Source: Sphaerodactylus townsendi (Eukaryota). From it: a DNA stretch of 64,000 nt. The translations under genes and the position numbers were made by a program. Shown here piece after piece: positions 49,666-59,694 of the stretch; the first letter of the stretch is position 1, and each line of letters opens with the position of its first letter. The notes under the pieces were generated by a model. That model searched no databases and was not told the DNA's origin. It saw only the letters and a list, made by a program, of their open reading frames with translations. The stretch lies in the NCBI RefSeq assembly GCF_021028975.2, contig NC_059427.1, positions 116,498,001-116,562,000 of the forward strand, in the 5' to 3' direction.

Positions 49666-52600
49666 TGCCTCCTTTTTCAGCTGAAATTTAGGGGCTAAAT
49701 GTCTCTCAAAATTTCCAGTTAGATCCAATCATTGTATCATATACAGGCAATTATATATAATTAACCATTACCCTGACGTACTTTTAGTGCATCAGCAATA
49801 AATATTGTCGCCTACCCTTTACATGTTCGAATCTCCAAATTCATTAATCTTGTAGGGCTAAGGACCATCTCAAAATACGAGCATTGCTGTTTTTTTCAAT
49901 ATACTTGCTCAAAAAGGCCAAAGGGATTATGGTCAGATCTTACAATAAACTTTAGACCCTATTAAGGTAAGGCGATGTAATTTTGGATTGCCCACAAAAT
50001 GGCGTATGGTGCGATTCCTTCTCGATGCGCTGAGTATGCACATTCCTCTAGGTAACAGCTTTCTACTAAGGAAAACTATTGGATGCATCAATTGGTCTTG
50101 TAGCCTTTCTGAACTAATGTAGCACCTAAACCCTCGTCTTCAAGCATCATCAGGTATACACTTCAAATGGTTTGTTAAAATCCAGGGAGCAACTAATACT
50201 GGAGCATTTCTACAACAGCTCCTTTTTACCCCGTCAAAGCAGTATTGACATCCTATCGCTCCAAACAACTTTAAATGGAGCTCAGCTTACATAAAGTCTG
50301 ATAATGGTGTAGCTAGATTCTACTTAGTTGCTGAGGTATGAACTTTCTATAAAACTCCAACTAATCCTAAAAAGGACTGAATATCCTTTTTGTGGTTGGA
50401 ATAGGCCAATTCTTAATACTGGCAACCCTTAGCTTCAAGAGGCTTGAATTTGACTGCTGTCCGACACAGTATGACTCCACAAGGATTATATCACTCCTCC
50501 TTCCATCCTAAATTGACACATTTATCAGGTCTCAAAGTTAACTCCAGCTTCCTGAACCTTTCTTGCCTGGAAACCTTAATATATTCAGATATATGTTTCC
50601 TCTCTAAATGGGTCCTCCCCAGGGAATCTAGACACTTGATGGCTATATCCATCCCTGATAACCAAAGGCATGCTATCTCCAAATCCCAGAGTAAGAACTC
50701 TTTATCAATCAACTCTCTGGAAGGTTTTGGAAGTCTCCCGTTTAACCCAAAAGGCATTCTCTTAAATTAGAAAATGCCCAAGTTTTCCGCATACAAAGGC
50801 TGTTTTCTCAGAGGCTTTTTTAGTTAGGGGGAATTTGCCAATACCCTCTTTGGAACAGTCCTAAGGTTGCTTATAAACTTAGCACTAGCTAATCTTTTCC
50901 ACCAATTCCTCCAAACGGGGTCAGTGGGATAAGGATCAAAGAGTTGTCATTAGATTAACAACTTTCTAAAGTCTACACAATAATAGTCTGGAATTCAGGA
51001 GGGTCACCCTCCTGAGACACTTGCTTGTTTTCTTCACTAAGGTACTATGGGTGCTCCCCATGCACTGTTAGCTTTTAGGCTCAATAATATCATCCTCACT
51101 TCAACATTTGTTTAAACCTCCCTTCTCTCCACAACTTCTCTTTTTCTATAATGCATTGTTAATTAGGGTATGGTGTGGTTTTTATTAGGTGCTGACACTT
51201 CCAGTGTCAATGTGGTGGTGAAATCTAAGGTGAGTCCAAAAACCCGGGCTGTTCAGTAAACAACAATTCAAAGTCCTTTAACAAATGTCTAACTTGCTTA
51301 CATTGGATGCCCTCTCTGATAAACTTCATCTTGAAATTCTGAACTTTACTCAAGAATCAGAATCACTCCCTCTAAAAATCCCATTCCCACAAACTCATCT
51401 GCGTTAGGTGTCAACTTGTACTGGAAAAGTCATTACAGATCTCTCACAATACTTCTGTTTCTCAAACCTATTCAAGCATGCACAGTTCTCTGCCCATCAT
51501 CTCTTTCTTGAATTACATAATTGGGACATTGGAGTAAAACCTGTATTATGCACATAAGGTCCTTCCAAGCCACTCATGATCCTAACTTAACAGAAGCTTA
51601 TGTCCTGGAACTTTGACAGTATAATAAAACTTTATTACCCACTGTGCAAAGCTGCGTGGTCTAGCCTTAACATCAAAAGTAGGTCTTTTTGTTTTTTTGC
51701 TTGAGCCTGCTTCAAATTCTCTGCTTGCAGCTGTCCTTACTTCCTGCAGAGTTCTTTTTGCAGCTTACATGAAATATGCATTTACATCCTTGGGACCAAG
51801 AGTTGTCAGTAAAGTCTCTCTCCCAACTTTTGCTTCTAGTGCTAAGCCCAAAGGACCTCTCTTGATATCTCTTCTACTCAAACAATTAACTTTGATTTGG
51901 ACTAAATCCTAAGGCTTTCTTGGATCTGAATCTTCACCGGAGAGCAAACGATCAGGAAAATATGGTGTACCGCTTGATCCCATGAATTTGAATGCTTGCT
52001 TGTAAGTACATAAGACTTCAACAATTGTCCTAGAGTTCTAGTGATGATGGCCCTCTCCACTCAAAACCATTTTGACTGAGGGTTATCACGCCACTACAGG
52101 GGCATGCTGGAACCTCAGCCAACTCCTTGCTAGAAGTAATTTTCAGTCACCTGTGACATCAAATTAGGGGCTTGATCAGTCATTAGTACTTTCATCACAC
52201 CATATGTGGACACAAATCTCCATTAAGGCCTTAGTGCTACTGACACAGATGTAATGTTCTCTCCTACACAAAAGTGCACAAAGGTGAAATCTGGTTGCAT
52301 GGTCAACTATAATCTACAATATCACTGTTTTCCCTAGACTACTTTCTTTGTAGGTAAAGGACCTAAAATGTCCAAACCTGACCCTTGCAAAGGGTTCATC
52401 AATTATTTCTGGGTAGGGTTCGTGAGCTTCACACCTAGTTCTATCAGTAGCGTATGCCCAACCCGTTGGACATACATCACGCATGTCTTGGTCCCAGGCA
52501 AATCCTTAACTGCTTTCTAGAATCAACCCTGGCCAAAAAAAAACTGCCTTTGAATTCTTTCCACTTAGTCCCTTCTTATTCCTAGTGTGGGTGTCCAGCC

Positions 52601-55305
52601 AATGGGACACACTATGAGCCAGTTCTGAAAATTTCTTCCCTGTGCTTTCTTGGAATTACTAACTGTGTTTGTTACTTTTCCCTTCTCAGGAAAAGCCCTG
52701 CCTCCATTTTTGGCGATACAATGAAGCCAGATTGCCATATAAATTCCTCTCAGGATTTTCTTTAGATACTTCTCCAGAAGCAACCTCTGCAACCCTTTTC
52801 ACATAGCTCTTTTAAAGAGTGAGTACATGATGCTCTTTGTATCAGTTTTAAAACTGCTCAGACCTTCTATATGCATGACATACATTTTTCTTTTATCCCT
52901 CAAAATGGAAAGTTTCAACTTCCACTTAAGCTGGACTAGGGAGTGCTGTAATTTGACTCCATCTTTCTTTCCACTCCAATTGTGGACTTCAAGTTAACTC
53001 AGCTTTTGCTGTCCAACTCCACTTCCACCCCTACTTTTTCTTTCTTTTTGCTCCAACCTATATTTGACTTAAGTTTTTTCTTCCCAGCTTTAGGATCCTC
53101 TAGTTGGAAACTTCTTTTCATGTCTTCACATCCTCTCCTAATTCCACTCCCTTTGAGCCTTCTGTTTTCTCTCTTTTCTCAGTAGCTTGTTTCTAGCTCT
53201 TTGACCTTAGTACCACTACATGGGCGTTCATTATGTCTAGATTTGGTACAACACATCTGCTCCAATTCATAAAAGTGCATATCAGAAACATCACTGTACA
53301 ATGGCATATATGTCCCTTTTTTTTTTTCAATTCTGTGGAGTCTGGATTATGAATCAATTGTTACGTAAATCCTAAGTACACTTAGGGGGTCCTTCTATAT
53401 GGGGTAACCTGCATCCTTCCCACCAACTGGATGACTTTATTTGCTTTTAACAAATCCCTTTTCCTTGTTGATAGAGACTTATATCTGCCCTCTTGTGTCA
53501 ACATGTGAACTCCTTTCCCACCCACAACTTCCCCAAAGTAACACTTTCATTAGCAAATTCTGAGATCTCCCAACCCACTGTCTCTGTTCTCTCAGATAGT
53601 CACACTATTTACATCAACCAGCTGTAACTCTCCCATTCTCACTCTTTGGTTCTGTGTTCAGTGGATTTTAACAAGTTCCCTCCTCACCAGCATATCTCTT
53701 TTAGTTGTCAGCGCATGAGTTTCTTCCCAGGACTTCTAGCAGAGTTCTTCTTTCATCACCCACGGTGACCCGGCTCTTTCTCCTTTCACTGGGAACAAAC
53801 TTAGAGACTACCTGAGTGAATCATTTAATCTCCTCCCAATCTTCATTTTGCACCAATTCAAACCCGATTATTTCCCCCTAAACATGTTGCACTCTTTGTT
53901 TCCTCTCTTTTATTTCTTGCACATAATTGTGATTTAGAAGTTGTAATCCCCTTTCTCCACAATAAAAAAGCGAAGAGATTATATTCCCTTTGCGTGTATA
54001 GATCTCAGCCGGTTTACTGGGCCTTGGAAAGAAGTCCCTTTCTCTGGAAAGCTGTAAACTTTTTTTTCTCCATCTTTACCCGTAAAACCTCAATATTTCT
54101 CGAGGTTGGTTTTAAACAATTCTCTCTTCTCTGATACAAAACGTGCTGGTTTTCTTTTCCCTTTTGCTTTTTTATGGGATGGCCATCTGGTCTGGCGAAA
54201 AGAAGCCAAGCTCAGATAAATCTAAGTTCTCTTTAGCTTGAACAAGAGCTAGGAGATTTCTTGAGGGAGTGTGTGAAAAAATTGCTCTCTTTGCTTAGTC
54301 AAGTTGCAAAAGTCTTCTATGGACTGAACTCTTTTGCAGCTCTATACCATTGCCTGAATCCTATCAGTTTCAATCCGAGGAGCCATAAAAAAGCAACATA
54401 GCTCTCTCCTTCCTCTTGTAGTGGGGAAAGCTCCCTCAGTTCTTCTCTCAACCTGGATCTGGATTTTCTCCAAATCTGGCTAAGGACCTGCCTTGTAAAA
54501 TTCCTCATAGGTGGCTTCTTCCCCCCAAGTGTAAGTTCCACCTAATAACTGAGCTTAAATCTCCCTTAGCAACGCAAGGCCATAACAGCCCTCCACTTCT
54601 GCTCTCTTCTGGGAACTTCATTTTCTCTCAAGGCAGTTTCTGCTAAAACAAAGCTTAAAAAACTCTTCTCACTGACTCTACCCCTGCTGATACCTGGGGA
54701 ACTGTCTTCTTTCTGCCATAGCTGCAGTCGACTCTCCTCTGTCTATCCACCATCAGCAAGTTCATGGTGGTTTTCTTGTGCGTAGCATAAACGCTTGTTG
54801 CAGCATCCTCATCCATCCCTTCCAGTCGGCTGGATTTGGTACTGATAGTAACGTGGTCTGTAGTCTATACCTATCCCGTTCGCCTGGTTGCATTTTCAAC
54901 TCTGGGTAGTCCTCCCTGGGGTGTACTACATGGTGACCTTTCTTGGTCATTCTCATCCATGTTCTCTCTCAACTCCTTGCCAATTCTAACAGCTGGGTCC
55001 CGCGGTAATTTCCCAACTCTTGAGCTACTCACTCCTGCTAAAGCTTGACCTCTTGGCTCAGCTTGAGAAAAAATGGTGTGTGCATATGCTGGGCTCTTCC
55101 AGTGCGTGACCACTGCACTTCATTCACCTTTTTTTTTTTAGATCGAGGGGTTTCACCACTCACCGAGTTCGAATCCATCTGCACATTCAAGCTGAAATCT
55201 GTGGTTTGTACTAGAGCAAATTCACGCCACTCTTTGCTTAAGCAAGCAACAAAATGCTCACGCTGAGTGTATTTCAAAAAATCCCTCCGCTTGCCACACT
55301 CATTA

Positions 55306-55572
55306 CGTCAAGGAAGACTCCACAGTCCCCTTCTACTTTGAAATTAAGCTTATTGATTCCAATACACTCATAGAAACTTCTTCTTTTTTGTAGTTTATTA
55401 CATATAACAGGCAAGCTTACAAGTTGCTCTAACGAATTAACCAAAGAAAACTTCAGGAAAAAAACGAACTGGGCTTCAGCTTCATTTAAACCCTCACTCA
55501 CTAACTGCCCTTCCTGTGTTCTGAGCCACATCCTCCAACTGACACTTTCAGAATGTTCCTGAACTCTTCACA
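55306..55572 (-). repeat. 5' LTR
   Basis: Direct repeat of 49390-49665; adjacent PBS. Confidence 0.92.
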
Positions 55573-56069
55573 AACCTCAACAGAGGTTTTGTTATTACTC
55601 TTCCACATTCAACAGCGTAGCCTAGACTGGTTTTGAATTAATAGGCTGTTCCATGCTAGACTTACCAGTGGGAGGTAAGATTTAAGATTTTTTTAAAAAT
55701 CATGTTAATTCATATTTTCTTCTTTTTTATCTGGTACAACTTTTTGAAATCTCCACTTGAGGGCACTCTGGAGATGCTCTTTGTGATGTTTTTTATCCAA
55801 CTTGTTTGCAGTGGATGCATGCAGGAAGTTTCTGATTACTTAGCTATATACTGCATGTATTATGTCTAACTGATTGTGCTTAGTGCTCTTAAGGAGTATG
55901 TTGGAACTTATCTCCTGCCTGTTTTATGATGCATGTCTCTTGCTGTTGCTCCAAGTGGTGTTCCTTCCTAGTCATTAAGACTGCTATCATGTAGTATTTG
56001 GCAAAGCACTGCTTTGAGGACAGTACTAGTGCGCTAGAGTAAGGGAAACCTGGTTAGCAGAAGCGAAGC

Positions 56070-56344
56070 GTTTTGGATTTATAAACTGCTGTTCTACCCT
56101 GTAAGGAGTCTCAAAGCAGCTTACAAATTTCCTTCCCTTCCTCTCTCCGTAACAGACACCTTGTGAGGTAGGTGGGGCTGAGAGAGTTCCAAAGAACTGA
56201 GACTATCCCAAGATCACCCCCCCACACAGGCTTCATGTGTAGGAGCAGGGAAACGAATCCAGTTGCTCATGTGGAAGCATGGGGAATCAAACCTGGTTCT
56301 CCAGATCACAGTCCACTGCTCTTAACCACTACACCACGCTAGCT
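56070..56344 (-). mobile_element. Squam3-like SINE
   Basis: Reverse complement of the same family (…cttaaccactacacca). Confidence 0.8.
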
Positions 56345-56817
56345 GTCCATTTTAAGTAGTGAAATACTGCAGAAGGCTCTTAAATATGTTATCTACCCAC
56401 CCTCTTGATTGTACTGTAGTTTAACTGAAGCAGCTGGCAAAAATGTGTTTTTCCTTTTGCCCAGCATTAGATCAACTGGGATTTTTTTTCACATACCCCA
56501 TAAAACTTCTCCCAAAGTCACAGCAGATAATTCCTCCTGTCCATTATGCATGAAGTGCACTTAAATATACTAATGTATGTGTGAAGATACACAAAAGCAC
56601 ATGCTCTTTGATTTTTTCTTTTCCTACCAATTTTGAAGCTCTCTTGTTGGAACTGTAGGATTTGTTCTTTGACAGGGGAAGTCGTGTCTCTGCAGCATCA
56701 TATTTGACCATAATTGGCAATTATACTTTTGCCAGAATGGAAGTGACAGTTCAAATATATTCTGTCCTGATCAGCATGCTGAATTAAACCTTGACATATT
56801 GTGAAGTTTGAAGACTT

Positions 56818-56975
56818 AATGTATTATCAAAGGCTTTCATAGCTGGATTCAACTGGTTGTGGTGGGTTTTCAGGGCTGCGTGGCCGTGGTCTGGTGGCTC
56901 TTGTTCCTAACATTTCGCCTGCATCTATGGCTGGCATCTTCAGAGGTGCATTAAAGAGGGAAGTCTGTTACACAC
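56818..56975 (-). mobile_element. Solo Penelope pLTR fragment with degenerate hammerhead (56905-56947)
   Basis: Reverse strand reads CCU-CUGAAGA-U-GCC...GGC-GAAA-UG-UU-AGG; 3' end resembles the PLE terminus (gaaagcctt.ga.aatacatt). Confidence 0.75.
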
Positions 56976-57787
56976 ATGTCCTTTTTGAACTCTATGCCAG
57001 GAGCCTTTATGCTCCAGAAGTTGTGAATAGTGAAAGATTCTTTTAAAGGTTCTGTATGCTGACAGAATCAGAAATAATCTGTAAAGACAAAACTTTTGAT
57101 CAGTCAGCTAAAACAAGCTATTTGGGAACTTTATTGTGATTTTTTCCTTTGCAGCAATGTTCCCCCTGAAACATTTTGAAGAATAATTTAGGTTTTTGCT
57201 TTTAGAAATCATGAAAAAGCATGCAATATTCCTAGTAGTGTATCTGACTAAAATGTCATACATGCTCACATAAGATTCTGGAGGCACAAAAGACATTCAA
57301 ATGAGTGTTGAAGGCGGCTAAGATGGGTAATTGTCAAGGGGGGGATATTGGATTGTTCCCCTTGTCATCCACAAGAGTGTTCAAATTCAACATATGAAAT
57401 CAATCAGTCTTGCTGTCATGCAGAATATTTTTATCAAGGTGTTGTCAGAGGAGAAGTATGATGTGGTACCAAGGCAAAAACATATTGTAGGATAAGGGAT
57501 CTATGGATTTTGAGGTGATGGAGAATGGTGGAGGAGTGCTAAAGCCCTATTATACATAAATTATTGCTCCTATTTTGTGCATCAGAGCCCTCAGTTTTCT
57601 TGTGCAATCATGAAGAAACATTTTATAATTGACAGTTGACATACCAGTGTTCATAAAAAACAAACGAACACAAGGTTCCTTGCTCTGTAAGTTGAAGCCA
57701 AGGTGATTTCTAGATAAAGAGCAAATATGAAAAAGGCATTAAAAGGTGAGTGAGGGGTACTTAAAACTTTTGTTTTGTTTGTTCCAG

Positions 57788-57863
57788 GCTGCACTCCTAG
57801 AAAATGTGGAAGAGGAATAACAGATGCCATTATCAGCAGGGGAGAAGCTGAGAGAATCCGTAG
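57788..57863 (+). CDS. OGFOD3: OGFOD3 coding exon 3
   Basis: CTPRKCGRGITDAIISRGEAERIR; ttccag and AG|gtaaat; 76 nt. Confidence 0.96.
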
Positions 57864-58084
57864 GTAAATTTCCTTTTCAGAATTTAATTACTTTCATTAG
57901 GATGTGAGAATGTCTGTGGGGGGTGGCCTTTCTGGCACTTATAAGCAGCTTTGTCTTGCCTTACTGAAAGCTCGAAACTCAGTGGTAAATTAATCGCAGA
58001 CACTTCTGGGACCTTTTGTGCAGTGGAATTCTCTGCTACAGTCCTAGTGCCTGCCCAGTTCTGTCTCCCTCCTCCCCATCTCAA

Positions 58085-58341
58085 TTCTCCAGTAGCATTT
58101 TAAAGCACCGCTGTGCACTATTGAGCTTCTTACTTTGATAAAAGAGCATTTTTAGTGCACCCAAAGACTATTTGCAGTACTTGCTTTTTCTTATAACTGC
58201 ACCTGCAATTTTGTGGCAGCTTGAAAAAGGCAAGGATGAACTAAAAATGCTCTTTTATCAAAGTAAGAAACTTAATAGTGCACAGAATAAAGGTTTTGCA
58301 TGAGCGGTACTTAAAATCACTTTTAAAATGCTACCGGAGAA
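58085..58341. repeat. Long inverted repeat (MITE-like foldback)
   Basis: 46-bp arms 58111-58156 / 58240-58285 with 2 mismatches, plus outer 20-bp arms. Confidence 0.8.
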
Positions 58342-59651
58342 TCAGGACATTTTTGAGCTGCCCACACAGGACTGCATTTTTTATCTTTCATTGAGACAAG
58401 GAATATTTATGTGCTTTCTTAATGGAAAAGGGTGTGATAACAGAGAGCATCAACTTTCTTCTCCTATTCCAGGACTGAATAGGATGACCTGCTTGTTTAG
58501 AATGAATGACCTGCTTGTTTAGAACTGCTTGTTTAGAACTGTTAATATATAAGTTATTTTATTTTTATTCTGTTTCCATGGTAGGTCACTGTTATTCCAA
58601 TTTTACCTATTGGGATCTGATAGGGAAACCTATTAAAAACTAACCAATGAGTTTATGTCAGATAAGATACCTTTTTCCAAAAAAATTATTTTGGCTAAAC
58701 AATTGAGAGAGGGATTATGGGCTACATACTTCCTTCTGGATTACAAATTCAGTGTCCACATCAACCATTACGTTGGTAGTGACAGCAAACACAGTTAATG
58801 TGAACAAGATTTTCTATTTAATTAGGATTTGAGACTGGAGTCGCAGTATTCCTTAACTACGGCTAAAACAACAGGGAGCTTGACTTGGCCTTATACCCAT
58901 GTCACTTAGATTCTGTTTTTTAAATAGCAGTCCTGGCTGTTGGAGGGGGCCTACAGTCAGTTGAAAAGTGCAATATGTGAGGATTTTGCTGTAAAGGCAC
59001 ATACTGGAAAGTTGCTGCATGATGCTGCATGTACCTCATCCCAGGATTCAGGTTTGAACCCAGCAGAATAATGTGTCTCTGGCATGGTTTGTTTTCACCT
59101 AACATTTCTGTTACTTTACGCTCACTTCTTCAAAAAGTGGCTTTTCTTGATATGTGCACATTATGTCAATGTTCTGAAGTAAGGAAGACATGGAAGGTTT
59201 CTCTACCCCACAATCTCTCTCATTCTGCCTAATTTTCTTCAGTAAAATGGTACAGCTGTTTTTACAATAACAACTATTCCTATTAGGTCATTCTCTCGAT
59301 GGGCTCTCGCATTCCATCAGTGTAGTATTTGAGGTCTTCTAAATAGAGCTTTATTTACATGTCTCAGGCGTCTGAGCTAAGAAAAATGAGAGTTACTCTG
59401 ACTTTTCCAGTAACCCTGTCTAGAAAAGATCAGGTTAAAGCTGGGCTTTTTATTATCTGGGTTCTTACTCCTCTCTTTTGTTATTGGTATATGCATGTCC
59501 TGTCTTCTGTTTTACTCACAGTGATGCCAGTGGAAGTTCACCTCTATATTCTGTCAGCATTGACAGCAGCAGTTCTTATTTAGCCAAGTACAAATAAACA
59601 GGAAACTTAAAAAAAACCTCAGTTCTGATTTAACATTTTTTTAATCTACAG

Positions 59652-59694
59652 ATTAGCAGAGAAGGGCCTGTCCCTCGGAGGATCAGACGGAGGG
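59652..59694 (+). CDS. OGFOD3: OGFOD3 coding exon 4; gene continues beyond right edge
   Basis: LAEKGLSLGGSDGG; ctacag and GGG|gtgagc; 43 nt. Confidence 0.95.

Larger units (their letters stand above)
49390..55572 (-). mobile_element. Complete Gypsy-type LTR retrotransposon of Gmr1-like organisation (gag, IN, RT, RNase H), heavily frameshifted
   Basis: LTRs 49390-49665 and 55306-55572; 5-bp TSD AACCT (49385-49389, 55573-55577); tRNA-Leu-like PBS ~55280-55299; PPT 49666-49677; IN motifs ~51900-52400, RT motifs ~50450-51000, RNase H ~49900-50160. Confidence 0.9.

Noticed and set aside
49390-55572. Endogenous retrovirus (ERV-L also uses tRNA-Leu and 5-bp TSDs)
   Set aside because: RT and RNase H motifs are Gypsy-type, integrase precedes RT, and there is no room for env between RNase H and the PPT.
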